Below, in pieces: positions 8,951 to 19,743 of a DNA stretch of 64,000 nt. This DNA comes from Sphingobacteriales bacterium. GTDB lineage: Bacteria > Bacteroidota > Bacteroidia > Cytophagales > 172606-1. Position 1 is the first letter of the stretch. Each line of letters starts with the position of its first letter. The stretch spans positions 3,051 through 67,050 of the forward strand of contig JAYWIH010000029.1 of the NCBI GenBank assembly GCA_043789005.1. The letters are read 5' to 3'. The position numbers and the translations under genes were made by a program. The notes below the pieces were generated by a model. The model was given only the letters and a program-made list of their open reading frames with translations. It made no database searches and was not told where the DNA came from.

Positions 8951-9817
8951 TCACTTTAACGCGATTTGCTCGGTTTTTCCATTGATGGCAAGTGTTGCAA
9001 TGGCATCGCATTCACCGTTGCCGAAGTCATAAAGTGCGCTGTAATCTTGCGACGCAATTAAATATCTGCCGCTGGTGACGCTGTATTGGCAAGAACTGTC
9101 AAGCAACAGAGGCGAAGTTATGTCAGCCGTGAAAATTTTGCCTTTACGGTCAGCTCCTGCCAGTCCGCCAGTCATTGACAATTTAATGGCCGCTTCCGGA
9201 TTCTGGGCATTGTACGAACCTTGTATGGCATACGTGCTGTTCCACTGCACTTTCGAGCCGTCTTCGTAGGTCAAAACGCCATTTTTGAATTGGATGTCGT
9301 ATTTCAAGCTCTTGTTGGTAAAAACCATTTTGGTCGAATGGCTGCCTTCCAGTTTTTTGCCATCGGCTTCGTAATTGGCAAAAGTCGCACCCGAAGAAAC
9401 ACCCATGTAAAAGTTGTTGTCCTCGCTGAACGACATTGAATCAAGCAGAACGGTGAAAATGATTTTGCCTTTGCGCAGTACTTTGTCTTCGCAAGTGGTG
9501 CCTTTTCCAAAATCGACGGTAAAGGTTTGGTTGCCAGTGCTTTCGTCGGTAACGCCCGTCACCGCGCCGCAAGTGGTTTCCCGCAAGGCAGCCGTTCTGC
9601 CCGAAGCCGACCGTTCACTTTTATTGTCGGTTTGGGAAAAGGACATGGACATTTCGTTAACGGCATTCAGTTCGGCAATCAGGTCAACGGTAGCTTTGGC
9701 CGACACAAAGTCTTGCTCGTTGGCGGGCTGGACTTCGTCTTTTTTACCACAACTTGCCAAAAATCCGATGGTCAGCAGCATTAGTGCCGCTCGGGTAAAA
9801 TGATGGGGTTTGAACAT
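8951..9817 (-). CDS. Hypothetical lipoprotein
   Basis: Lipobox LASC; TVDFGKGTTC...RKGKI and YDFGNGECD motifs typical of Bacteroidetes beta-rich lipoproteins. Confidence 0.75.
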   Translation of the reverse strand: MFKPHHFTRAALMLLTIGFLASCGKKDEVQPANEQDFVSAKATVDLIAELNAVNEMSMSFSQTDNKSERSASGRTAALRETTCGAVTGVTDESTGNQTFTVDFGKGTTCEDKVLRKGKIIFTVLLDSMSFSEDNNFYMGVSSGATFANYEADGKKLEGSHSTKMVFTNKSLKYDIQFKNGVLTYEDGSKVQWNSTYAIQGSYNAQNPEAAIKLSMTGGLAGADRKGKIFTADITSPLLLDSSCQYSVTSGRYLIASQDYSALYDFGNGECDAIATLAINGKTEQIALK

Positions 9818-10255
9818 GACAACAATTAGTTAAAAAATGAGTTTGATTTTCCGCTGCCACGGTTGGCGGCGGTTTCTGTGACTGAATACCACCTGCCCTG
9901 CAAATGTGAATGGAAAACGTTGGTGAAAGGAAGTCCTTGCAAGTAATAAAAAAACCGAAATCCCTCACAAATCGGCTTGGTTGCGCGTGCGGCAATTCAA
10001 AATTTTACCGGGCAAAGGCAAACGGACGCGCTGGTCAGGGAAGTTATTGTGGATTTTGCCGGTTCATTATCTTGTAATGAACCACTCGATATGCCGCACG
10101 GATTGTAGCGCATGAATCGGCAACGTCGCAAACGACAGATGCCGAAGTATCCGAAATAGTATCTTCCGTAAACACGAAACCTGGCTTGCTTTGGGCTTGT
10201 TGGCAAACATTCGTAGTTTTGTGTTTGCACACGACATCATTTTAAAAATACACGC

Positions 10256-10819
10256 ATGATGCAATTGCTACAAGCAATTCAGGAAATACTCATAAATATC
10301 TCTGAAAGAGTTAACAATTGGTTTAATAAACCGGAGGAAGTGAGAAAATACAAACCCTTGGACAATGGTTGGACGATTGACCAGATTTTGGAGCACATTT
10401 CATTAACGAATCATTTCCTTTTGATCTTGATTGATAAAGGGGCAAGAAAAGCATTGGAGAATGCTAACAAACTTGATTTGAAAACGGAACTGGATGGATA
10501 TGAATTCGAAAAAAAGAAATTAGATGAGATTGGACTGCATAAATCATTTGAATTGATTCGCCCGGAACACATGGAACCGAAGGGAGAAAAATCATTCGCA
10601 GAAATCAGAGAAATTATTCATGAGCAGTTTCAACAATGTTCAAAACATTTGGAAAATATGCCTGACGGAGAAGGGATCCTTCATAAAATCACTATGACAG
10701 TCAATGACTTGGGCAAGATTGACGTGTATGAATACATTTACTTTCTAGCAAAACACGCGGAACGCCATTTAACTCAAATGGAGAGAAATGAAGATGAATC
10801 CCTGCGTTTAAACGTGTAA
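10256..10819 (+). CDS. DinB-family protein
   Basis: GWTIDQILEHI and KHAERHLTQM histidine motifs; AT-rich relative to its neighbours; TAGTTTTG promoter-like element at 10214-10221. Confidence 0.8.
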   Translation: MMQLLQAIQEILINISERVNNWFNKPEEVRKYKPLDNGWTIDQILEHISLTNHFLLILIDKGARKALENANKLDLKTELDGYEFEKKKLDEIGLHKSFELIRPEHMEPKGEKSFAEIREIIHEQFQQCSKHLENMPDGEGILHKITMTVNDLGKIDVYEYIYFLAKHAERHLTQMERNEDESLRLNV

Positions 10820-10854
10820 TGCCTTTTTCCTTGAACCAACAAATTATAAACCAT

Positions 10855-11595
10855 ATGTCCGGTCACAGCAAGTGGTCCACAATCAAGCGCAAGAAAGGCG
10901 CGGCCGATGCCAAGCGGGGAAAGATTTTCACCAAAATCATCCGCGAAATCCTGCTTTCGGCGCGCACCGGCGGCGGTGATCCGGATGGCAACCCGAGGTT
11001 GCGGCTCGCCATCCAGTTGGGCAAGGCCAGCAACCTGCCCAAGGAAAACATTGAACGCGCGATAAAGAAAGCCACGGGAGCCGAAGCCGAAAACTACCAG
11101 GAAATCACGTATGAAGGCAATTTCGGGCCGGTCGGCATTTTCATTGAATGCACCACCGACAACACCACGCGCACGGTTGCCAATGTGCGGGCGTATTTCA
11201 ACAAGATTGGCGGCAGCCTGGGCACCAACGGCTCGCTGGCGTTTGTGTTCAGCCGCAAAGGCGTTTTCAATTTTCCGCTGCCCGCCAATTTGGGTCACGA
11301 TGAATTGGAACTGGAACTGATTGATGCCGGAGCCGAGGATGTGGGCATTGAAGACGGCTACGCCACGGTTACCACATCGTTTGAGGGTTTCGGGACGATG
11401 CAGAAAAAGCTGGAGGAAATGAACATTGAGCTTGAAGAAGCCTCGTTGCAGCGCGTGCCGGGCGTGCTGATGCCACTGGACAATGAGGCGTTTCAGCGTG
11501 CCATGAAACTGATTGACTTGCTGGAAGACGACGACGACGTGCAGAAAGTGTACCATAACATTGACGTGACCGAAGAGCAGTTGGAACTGGCGTGA
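10855..11595 (+). CDS. yebC: YebC/PmpR family protein
   Basis: Hallmark N-terminus MSGHSKWSTIKRKKGAADAKRGKIFTK and C-terminal DDDDVQKVYHN. Confidence 0.96.
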   Translation: MSGHSKWSTIKRKKGAADAKRGKIFTKIIREILLSARTGGGDPDGNPRLRLAIQLGKASNLPKENIERAIKKATGAEAENYQEITYEGNFGPVGIFIECTTDNTTRTVANVRAYFNKIGGSLGTNGSLAFVFSRKGVFNFPLPANLGHDELELELIDAGAEDVGIEDGYATVTTSFEGFGTMQKKLEEMNIELEEASLQRVPGVLMPLDNEAFQRAMKLIDLLEDDDDVQKVYHNIDVTEEQLELA

Positions 11596-11695
11596 AAAAT
11601 AGCCCCAGTGACGCTCACCCCGATTTTAAATCGAGGTGTTTGCGGTTTCGCGTCTCCGACGCGTGTGGCAAGCCACGCACCGGTCTGAATGTTCC

Positions 11696-11719
11696 GTCGG
11701 ACTTGAAAAGTCCGGCTAC
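11696..11719 (-). repeat. GTAG-family REP (GTAGYYGGAYTTTYNAAGTCCRRC)
   Basis: Copies at 11696-11719 (-), 43499-43522 (+), 58976-58999 (+), 60470-60493 (+) and a degenerate one at 60575-60598 (-). This copy supplies the TAG stop of the NlpC/P60 gene. Confidence 0.75.
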
Positions 11720-12402
11720 CTTTGCAGTCCTTTGACCCGCCCGCTGGCATAATAGCCTTTGGCATAATACGGGTTCACGAGTGAATCCACGGTGACACCG
11801 CGCGAAGTGGAGGCATGGGCGAAACGTCCGTTTTGCAGGTAAATGCCCACGTGCGAAATGCTGCCGCCAAACGTATTGAAAAACACAAGGTCGCCTTCGC
11901 GCAGGGCTTCACGCTCAATGCCTTGCACGTCCTGGTCATACATTTTCTGGGCGTTGCGGCTCAGCGGGATTCCGTAGGCTTCGCGGTACACATTGCGCAC
12001 AAAACCCGAACAGTCCGTGCCGCGCCGGTTGTCGCCGCCATCGCGGTGCGGCACACCGAGCCAACTGTAAATGCTGTAGGCGAGGTTCCGGCTGGCTTCC
12101 GGGGCGGGCGGCTGCCCGGTGAGCACGAAATGTTGCTGCCGGAAAGCGGAGTCGGAAACGGGCGGCATGGCCACGGGCTTGGGCCGCTGTTGCGCGTAGT
12201 TATACATTGCCCACACCGACCACAAAGCCGCCACCAGAACCAACGCCCACGGCGTAGCCTTATGCCGGGCAATCTGCCAGCGCCGGGCGTACAGCCAAAG
12301 CCCGACGTGCCGGAAAAGCAGGGCTATTTCGCAGATAATCAGCCAGATCAGTTTGGCTATTTCCTGCACGACAACCCAAAATTGATTCGCAATACGCTTC
12401 AT
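11716..12402 (-). CDS. C40 (NlpC/P60) family peptidase
   Basis: GTDCSGFV, GDLVFF, SHVGIYL and FAHAS catalytic motifs; N-terminal transmembrane segment. Confidence 0.92.
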   Translation of the reverse strand: MKRIANQFWVVVQEIAKLIWLIICEIALLFRHVGLWLYARRWQIARHKATPWALVLVAALWSVWAMYNYAQQRPKPVAMPPVSDSAFRQQHFVLTGQPPAPEASRNLAYSIYSWLGVPHRDGGDNRRGTDCSGFVRNVYREAYGIPLSRNAQKMYDQDVQGIEREALREGDLVFFNTFGGSISHVGIYLQNGRFAHASTSRGVTVDSLVNPYYAKGYYASGRVKGLQR

Positions 12403-12566
12403 GAAGATAAACCGGCTTAGTGAATCGTAAAGGATGGATCGTGCGGAAACGGCCTGGTGGAAAATAGTATAAAAAATACCTGCCAAACCTGCCGTTTTAC
12501 GCGCAAGCGGTGCGGAAGGTTTTTTTGATGATTCTTATTGTCTGATGTTACGCAGGCGTAAAAGAA

Positions 12567-12751
12567 CCGTCATTGCGAGGCACGAAGCCTCTCTGCCGAT
12601 TCGTGCGCCGTGGCGTACAGGCAGGCAATCCCTCCACTTGCTGGCGCGCCAAAAGCCGCCCCGCAAGGCTGTTTCCGGGCCGGACACGCCCGAACGGGAA
12701 CGTTGTAGGCCGACGGCACGGAACAGATTGATTCGTTCCTCGCAATGACGG
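12567..12751. repeat. CGTC-family REP/REPIN-like element
   Basis: Arms CCGTCATTGCGAGGCACGAAG[insert]CAATC and GATTGATTCGTTCCTCGCAATGACGG. Confidence 0.75.
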
Positions 12752-12792
12752 ACCCGCAAGGGCAGTCCGGATAAATTTTTGCGTGACATGAG

Positions 12793-13788
12793 TTATTGTG
12801 ACTGCCCGGCAAAATACCTTTGCAGCAAAATCCACGCCGCTTCCAATGCCGCCGTTTTTCCCGATTCCACGTCGGCCTCCATGGCTGGCAACCGGCTGCT
12901 GACCAGCGGGTTGCGGTAAAAATTCTCTTCCATTTCCTGCCGGATTGTTTCGTGCAGCCATTGCAGGTTTTGCGTTTGTCGTTGGCGCGTGAAATAGCCG
13001 TTGGCTCGCGTTATGGCCGCGTATTTCTCCATCACTTCCCAAACCTCGGCAATGCCCGTGCCGTCCAGAGCCGAGCATACTTGCACCGGCGGCTGCCAGC
13101 CCGAACCGGTGGCCGACATCAGATGCAGGGCATTTTGGTAGGTTTGGCGGGCTTGCCGGGCGGCGTTGGCATTGCTGCCATCGGCCTTGGTAATGGTCAC
13201 GGCATCGGCCATTTCCATGATGCCGCGCTTGATTCCCTGCAACTCATCGCCCGCCCCGGCGAGCATGAGCAACAGGAAAAAATCGGTCATGCCATGCACC
13301 GCCGTTTCGGATTGGCCCACGCCCACGGTTTCCACGATAATCACCTCGTAGCCCGCCGCCTCGCAAAGCAGCATGGCTTGGCGCGTGCTGCGCGTTACGC
13401 CGCCCAGCGAAGTGCCGGTGGGCGAAGGCCGCACATACGCCAGCGGCTGGTTCACCAAGGTTTCCATCCGCGTCTTGTCGCCCAGGATGCTGCCACCGGA
13501 GCGGCCACTGCTGGGGTCAACGGTGAGTACGGCCAGTTTCTTGCCCAGCCCGGCAATGTGGTTGCCGAAGGCTTCGATGAATGTGCTTTTGCCCACGCCC
13601 GGCACGCCCGTAATCCCCACCCGCAGCGACTGGCCGGTGTGCGGCAGCACGCCATGCAACACCGATGCCGCCAAAATCCTGTCGCTGGCCAATGTGCTCT
13701 CCACCAACGTGATGGCACGGCTGAGCACCATCCGGTCGCTGCGGAGAATGCCTTCGATGTACATTTCAGAAGCGAGGCGGGAAGGCAT
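12793..13788 (-). CDS. meaB: Methylmalonyl-CoA mutase-associated GTPase MeaB
   Basis: GITGVPGVGKST, GGSILGDKTRM, ETVGVGQSE and GDELQGIKRGIMEMAD. Confidence 0.95.
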   Translation of the reverse strand: MPSRLASEMYIEGILRSDRMVLSRAITLVESTLASDRILAASVLHGVLPHTGQSLRVGITGVPGVGKSTFIEAFGNHIAGLGKKLAVLTVDPSSGRSGGSILGDKTRMETLVNQPLAYVRPSPTGTSLGGVTRSTRQAMLLCEAAGYEVIIVETVGVGQSETAVHGMTDFFLLLMLAGAGDELQGIKRGIMEMADAVTITKADGSNANAARQARQTYQNALHLMSATGSGWQPPVQVCSALDGTGIAEVWEVMEKYAAITRANGYFTRQRQTQNLQWLHETIRQEMEENFYRNPLVSSRLPAMEADVESGKTAALEAAWILLQRYFAGQSQ

Positions 13789-13973
13789 ACATTAATTTTG
13801 GATTGGGGAAGGCGGAATTCGACATTAAAGTTAAAATGGCAATCCGCAAAAATAGTATCTTTTCCAAAGCCCAAACCTGCACATGGAAATCTATCCGCTT
13901 TATGGAAAGCTGTTGAGTTTGGCATCTACATGAAAAAATTCATCTGATCTAACACACTTCAAACACAACTCAA

Positions 13974-14471
13974 ATGGCAGAACTAAACGCAACTTCGACA
14001 ACCAAGAAAAAAGCCATTCACATGGATATGACCCCAATGGTGGATTTGGCTTTCCTGCTGGTGACATTTTTCATGCTCACTGCAACATTTACCAAGCCAA
14101 AAAGCTTAGTGCTCACCATGCCCGACAGGACTGGCAACCCTTCACATCCGGGCGACCAAGTGACAACCACATTGATTTTGGATGATGAAAACCGCATTTT
14201 CCATTACCAAGGCTTGGACGAACCCGCGGTTTTCGAAACTGATTATTCGCCTTCTGGACTGCGCAAGATATTGACGGACAGAATCATGCGCGGCAAAGAT
14301 TTGGGAGAAAATGCGGTTTTCATCATTAAACCGACTGCCCGAGCAAACTACCAAAATGTAGTGGATGTACTGGACGAAATGCAGATTACGCAAGCAAAAA
14401 TATATGCCATTCAAAAAATTTATCCTCAGGATGAAACTTTGCTTGAACGATACAAAACAGGGCATCAATGA
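13974..14471 (+). CDS. exbD: Biopolymer transporter ExbD
   Basis: DMTPMVDLAFLLVTFFMLTATF and IKP...ANYQNVVDVLDEM. Confidence 0.92.
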   Translation: MAELNATSTTKKKAIHMDMTPMVDLAFLLVTFFMLTATFTKPKSLVLTMPDRTGNPSHPGDQVTTTLILDDENRIFHYQGLDEPAVFETDYSPSGLRKILTDRIMRGKDLGENAVFIIKPTARANYQNVVDVLDEMQITQAKIYAIQKIYPQDETLLERYKTGHQ

Positions 14472-14640
14472 TTCATAACCAACTTCATGAATGGATCAAC
14501 TTTCAAATGCTATAATCCAACTAATCCTGATTCAGTGTTTATGCGAGAGTATTCGTGCCAATAGCGAACAATCGGGCTGAACTCACGAAATTTCACAAAA
14601 AATTCACATTTTTGACGGTTACAATTCATTCGATTTGGCC

Positions 14641-16362
14641 ATGACGAACCGGCAAGAAACATTCTGGCAAACGCTGCAACAATACGCCGGGGCGCATCCG
14701 CAAACAACAATCCATCTGTTTTTCAAGACCGCCGGGGATGCGTTTGCCAGTTTACCGCTCAAATTCCGGTACAATACCGAACCGCGTTTGGCCATGGAAA
14801 CCGCTGTGGAACAAGCACTTGCCCTGCCGGAGCCTTTCAAAACCGAATTCCTGAAACGCTACCAGCAAGACCGGTTTTTTACGCTCTCGGCGGCTTGCCG
14901 GCATTATTTCGGGCCGGTGTTCCGCCCGGCCCGCACATCGCACGTCTACGAGCCGCCACACGACTTGCTGGTGGATTTGAATGAAATGGAACCGATTTTC
15001 CCAAACATCCGCGAACGTTTTTCGTACGGAACGCACGTGCGGCTGGAAAAAATGATGCATTCGTACCACAGCCAATCCATTGACAACCAAGCAGGTTTGG
15101 CCGAAGAAAAAGATACTATTTACGAAACCCCCGCCCAACAATTTCCGCTGAACCAGATTCTGTACGGGCCGCCGGGAACGGGCAAAACCTACCAGACGGT
15201 CAATTACGCGGTGGCAATCGTGGAGGGGAAGCCACTTGCGGAGGTGCAGGCCGAAAGCCGGGCGGCGGTGCAGAAACGCTACGAACAGCACCGCGAACAG
15301 GAGCAAATAGAATTTATCACGTTTCACCAGAGCTATTCGTACGAGGAGTTTGTGCAGGGCTTGCGCCCCGATACGCACCGCCACACCGATTCGCTGCATT
15401 TCCGGCTCGTGGACGGCGTTTTCAAACGCATTGCCGACCGCGCCAAAGCCAATTACGAGGCATACCGCAAAAATATCAACCGCCCCAAACTGCCGTTTGA
15501 AACCCTGCTCGACCAGTTGCTGATGGAAGGCATGAACCGCGAGACGGAGGAAGTGGAAATTCCGCTCCACAATCCGGGCGGACAGTTCAAGAGCCTGATT
15601 ATCTACGAGTTGGGCGATACTTTTCTGAAATACAAACGCCGCACCGTGCGCGATGCCATCCGCGACGAGGAGCGGCTGCTGTATTTGCACAAACTGCGCG
15701 AGAGTTTCTACGGCAAGGAAATCCGCGAGGCGATTAACCGGCCATATTACGAGGCGGTTGTGCAGGCGTTGCGCAAGTTTGAACGCAGCCTGAAACGCGC
15801 CAAATCGGAAGACCGCCTGAAACGCTACGTGCTGGTGATTGACGAGATTAACCGCGCCAACATTTCGCGCGTGTTTGGCGAACTGATCACTCTGTTGGAA
15901 GAAGACAAACGACTGGGCAACGAATATCCATTGACAGTGACGCTGCCGTCGGGCGAGGCGTTTGCCGTGCCCCTGAATTTGTACGTAATCGGCACCATGA
16001 ACACCGCCGACAAATCAATCGCGCTGCTTGATGTAGCCTTGCGGCGGCGGTTCAAGTTCCTATCCATGTATCCTGATTACCAATTGATTCCCGAATTTGA
16101 ACCGGTTTTGCGTCCGCTCAACGAACACATCCGCGAACGCAAAGGCGTGGATTTCCTAATCGGCCATTCGTACTTCCTCAACCGGACTTTGGAAGACTTG
16201 CCAGAGATTTTCAACCAGACAATCATTCCGCTCCTCTACGAATATTTCAATAACCGCACGGATATAATCAGGGAAATTTTGCGCGGCAGCGGCTTGGATG
16301 TGACGGAAGAGAACTACCAGTTGAAGGCATCGCTCCCGCCCCTCTACAGGAAAGAAGGGTAA
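14641..16362 (+). CDS. McrB-family AAA+ NTPase
   Basis: ILYGPPGTGKT, FITFHQSYSYEEFVQG, DEINRANISRVFGELITLLE and GTMNTADKSIALLDVALRRRF (the McrB NxxD signature). Confidence 0.9.
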   Translation: MTNRQETFWQTLQQYAGAHPQTTIHLFFKTAGDAFASLPLKFRYNTEPRLAMETAVEQALALPEPFKTEFLKRYQQDRFFTLSAACRHYFGPVFRPARTSHVYEPPHDLLVDLNEMEPIFPNIRERFSYGTHVRLEKMMHSYHSQSIDNQAGLAEEKDTIYETPAQQFPLNQILYGPPGTGKTYQTVNYAVAIVEGKPLAEVQAESRAAVQKRYEQHREQEQIEFITFHQSYSYEEFVQGLRPDTHRHTDSLHFRLVDGVFKRIADRAKANYEAYRKNINRPKLPFETLLDQLLMEGMNRETEEVEIPLHNPGGQFKSLIIYELGDTFLKYKRRTVRDAIRDEERLLYLHKLRESFYGKEIREAINRPYYEAVVQALRKFERSLKRAKSEDRLKRYVLVIDEINRANISRVFGELITLLEEDKRLGNEYPLTVTLPSGEAFAVPLNLYVIGTMNTADKSIALLDVALRRRFKFLSMYPDYQLIPEFEPVLRPLNEHIRERKGVDFLIGHSYFLNRTLEDLPEIFNQTIIPLLYEYFNNRTDIIREILRGSGLDVTEENYQLKASLPPLYRKEG

Positions 16363-16438
16363 AGAACCCATGTCCCTGATCCTTCCCCCGAATGAAAGCG
16401 GATGGAAAACCTCTTTTTCATTCAAGAAGGCTGTCCCT

Positions 16439-16690
16439 TTACGTAGCCTTGCCCTTGAGTTCCCAATGGTCTTTGATTGGGTTGCCGCTCTCGTCGCGCT
16501 TGAGCCGCCGCGCGTACCGTTCGCCGCGGATGATGCCGCGTTCGTCTTTTTTGCCGATGAAAAGCAGAATCGGATTGTCTTCAGCATCGGTTTTAAAGGC
16601 CATGTCGTTGCCCTTGTATTGCATCTCAATCATGGCCGAAGGCTCGTATTTTTTGCCCAGTTTGGCTTGGAGGTTTTCGCTCAGTCTCAT
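16439..16690 (-). CDS. Small hypothetical protein
   Basis: 83-aa ORF with plausible composition (AFKTD..NPILLFIGK..GERYARRL..DHWELKGK). Confidence 0.7.
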   Translation of the reverse strand: MRLSENLQAKLGKKYEPSAMIEMQYKGNDMAFKTDAEDNPILLFIGKKDERGIIRGERYARRLKRDESGNPIKDHWELKGKAT

Positions 16691-17033
16691 CGCCGTTTTC
16701 GTTTCCGGATGGCTCTTAAATAAAGAGTACCACTAAAACCAACGTTCGTGAAACTTTGAAATGGGTTTTTTGGGAGGTTTCGGGTTTTCAAAAGATACTA
16801 TTTTGGTAAAGCCGCTCTGTCAATTTAGAAGTCAGAATTCAGAGGTCAAAATTGAAAATCCCGAACAACTTCAACCGTGGTGGCATAACTTGTAGCCGCG
16901 CCACCTACTGATTGACGACTGCCAAGCGGCATGATCGGCTTTGTTTCTCCCTTTCGGAGCCGGGGACTTTTGCCTTTTTAAAACATACTGTTTTGGTATT
17001 TGCTGCTGAAAGCCAGTGGGTTGCCGTTGCCGT

Positions 17034-19325
17034 TTAGTCAGTGGCAACCGTTACAGGCTGTTGATTTTTAACCGTAACCAAAGGCATCGTGAAGCGGAAG
17101 TTGCTGCCCTTGCCCGGTTTGCTTTCCAGCCATATTGTGCCGCCGTTTTTTTCCACAAAATCCTTGCACAGCAACAAGCCGAGTCCGGTTCCTTTCTCGT
17201 TGCTGGTGCCGGTTGTTGTAAACGCGCTGATGCCAAAGAGTTTGGCTTGATCTTCCAGATTAATGCCCAGCCCGTCGTCCTGGACGGAAATCACGGCGTG
17301 GTCTCCTTGCACTTGTGCGTAAATGCGGACGTGGCCGTTTTCGCGCGTAAATTTAATGGCATTGGACACCAAATTTCGCAGCACTATGTTCAGCGATTCG
17401 CGGTCGGCATAAACCTGAATCGGTTCGTGAAGTGTGGTATGCAAGTGAATGTTTTTCTTTTCGGCGAGTGGTTGCAAAAGAGCAATGTTTTCGGCCATGA
17501 TTTCAGGCAGGACAACCGGCTCAGACTGCAACGTGACGGCTTGCATCTGGCTGCGTGCCCACACCAGCAGGTTGTCCAGAAAATCGGATAAATGCGTCGT
17601 GTTTTCCTTCAGTTTTTGCGTCACCATTTGGATTTCCTCCTTCGAAAGATCATCGCTTTCCAAGAGCGACAACACGCCGAGCAGCATTCGCAGCGGTCCG
17701 CGGATATCGTGCGAAATGATGGAGAAAAGTTTGGTCTTGACTTGGTTCAGTTCTTCCAGCCGCTGATTCTGCAGTTGGATGGCTTCGTTCTGCTGCTGGA
17801 ACTCTTTATTGATTTGCGCCAAGTCCTGGTTTTTTCCGGCTATTTCCTTGCCTTGCCGGGTCAGCAACTGATTGGTTTGGCGTTGGCGGAGATTATTGCG
17901 AACCAGCAGGAAAGCAAAGCACAGCGAAAGTGCCGTACCGATAATAAAGGCGTTGCGTTGAAAGGACCGGCGGCTAATTTCCTTTTGCTGGATAACCTTA
18001 TCTTTGTTCAGTGCGGCTATTTTTAACTTTTGCTCTTCCGTTTGGTGCGTAAACGTGAGGCTTTCCACAATCTTAGCATTTTGCAAATTGAAAACGCTGT
18101 CTTTTACTTTGCCAGCAAATTCTTGGTAAAAAAGGGCTTTTTCAAATTCCTTTTTTTGTTTGTGTATTTCACTCAGCAGAAAACCGGCCTGTTGCACCTC
18201 TTTTTGACTTCCAATGGACTTGGCAACTTCAAAAGCACGCAGTGCTGCTGTTTTGGCATTGGAGAGTTGTCCCAACCGCAGATAGCTTTCGCCAAGCCCC
18301 GCCGAAGAACGCGCAATTTCACTTTTTTCACCAAAGCTTTCTGCCAAAGTGATTGCTTTTTGATAATAAGGAATGGCTTTTGTGTATTGTTGCTGGCGGT
18401 TATACAAATTGCCAAGCCCAAAATAGGCAAAGATTTCGTACAGCTTACTTTGAAATTGCTGAGCCATAACAATCGACTGGGAATAATACTGCAATGCCAG
18501 TGAGTCATTGCCCTGCATAGCGTAAATACCCGCAATATTGCCCATAGTGACGGCGATAATGCGCGGTTTTGCCAGTTTTTGCTGTACTCCCAGCGATTTT
18601 TGAAAATATTCCAGTGCAAGCTTGTTGTTTTTCTGTTCGCGGTAGATGATACCAACATTGTTCAAAGCTCTTGATGTACCATCAAGGTCATCCGTCCGGT
18701 TGCTTATTTCAAGAAAACGGAAAAAATTGTTCAATGCCAACGAATATTCGCCTTGTTTCCGGTAAATCTTACCCGCCGTATTAAAGGCATACGCTTCTTC
18801 ATGGGTTTCCTTGAGCCGGACAGCCAACTTTTTGGCTTGGGCATTCAGTTGGGTTGCCTCCTTATAATTTCCTTTCAGCATATAAGCTTCCGCCAGCCGG
18901 TTCAGGTATTTGATGCGGCTTTTTTCATCGCGGTTGGCGGCGGCGATGGCTAAGCCGCGCCGGGAAAACAGGATGGAGGAATCGGGGTTGTTGAGCAGGT
19001 AACGCTCGGCCAGTTGCACGAGCGTATCGTTTGGAATAGCCGGAAGACGCTTGGTTTGCGGCATTTTCTTTGATCTGCCGCTGTTTTCGTCTTGCACAGA
19101 AGCATAGACCCCGGAAGCGACACACCACCAGATGCACAGCACGCTTGCCGCAGTGCGTATACGGGAAATCCGAAATGGATCACAAAAGCTTGAAATCCAA
19201 GCTTTTGTGTAGGCAATAAATGTGTGCAGGAGTGAAATGAATGCCATTGGTTTGCCGTGTGAACATAAATATAACTGAATGGGACTGACATCCGGCAAAA
19301 TATGAATTTCCCGGACAGCATACAT
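17034..19325 (-). CDS. TPR-containing sensor histidine kinase
   Basis: TPR repeats, a transmembrane helix, H-box FSIISHDIRGPL, N-box RNLVSNAIKFT and G-boxes DDGLGI / GTGLGL. The true start is probably downstream of 19325. Confidence 0.92.
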   Translation of the reverse strand: MYAVREIHILPDVSPIQLYLCSHGKPMAFISLLHTFIAYTKAWISSFCDPFRISRIRTAASVLCIWWCVASGVYASVQDENSGRSKKMPQTKRLPAIPNDTLVQLAERYLLNNPDSSILFSRRGLAIAAANRDEKSRIKYLNRLAEAYMLKGNYKEATQLNAQAKKLAVRLKETHEEAYAFNTAGKIYRKQGEYSLALNNFFRFLEISNRTDDLDGTSRALNNVGIIYREQKNNKLALEYFQKSLGVQQKLAKPRIIAVTMGNIAGIYAMQGNDSLALQYYSQSIVMAQQFQSKLYEIFAYFGLGNLYNRQQQYTKAIPYYQKAITLAESFGEKSEIARSSAGLGESYLRLGQLSNAKTAALRAFEVAKSIGSQKEVQQAGFLLSEIHKQKKEFEKALFYQEFAGKVKDSVFNLQNAKIVESLTFTHQTEEQKLKIAALNKDKVIQQKEISRRSFQRNAFIIGTALSLCFAFLLVRNNLRQRQTNQLLTRQGKEIAGKNQDLAQINKEFQQQNEAIQLQNQRLEELNQVKTKLFSIISHDIRGPLRMLLGVLSLLESDDLSKEEIQMVTQKLKENTTHLSDFLDNLLVWARSQMQAVTLQSEPVVLPEIMAENIALLQPLAEKKNIHLHTTLHEPIQVYADRESLNIVLRNLVSNAIKFTRENGHVRIYAQVQGDHAVISVQDDGLGINLEDQAKLFGISAFTTTGTSNEKGTGLGLLLCKDFVEKNGGTIWLESKPGKGSNFRFTMPLVTVKNQQPVTVATD

Positions 19326-19743
19326 ATAAGGTTTCCGGCCAAACTTCCCCGGCCAAAAGAATGTTTCGCTTCACAGCGAACGAAAAAATGCGTGTTGTTC
19401 CGCCAAGTTGGAAATATTGGAAACAGTGTCTTTTGGAAACGCCAAACCCGCCTCTGCCGGATGATTCCGGATTTTTTTATGGTTGGCAGGCATTGCAAGT
19501 GTTTTTGGTGGAGGTTTTGGCAACCGAAACATTGTGTTTTTTTATGATTCGACTTTCCCTTGCTGCACAATTACCTGCGTGAGCTATTTCCTGATAATAT
19601 GTTGGATACAAGGTGGAAACACCGTGCAAAACCTGTGTCTTTTTTGAAATCATTGTAAAACAAACTCCGGCGGACGCAAATGGAAAAATCCTGAAAAACA
19701 TTGGATGTTTCGTTTTAACGGGGTTTCGCCTTTTTGAAAGATA

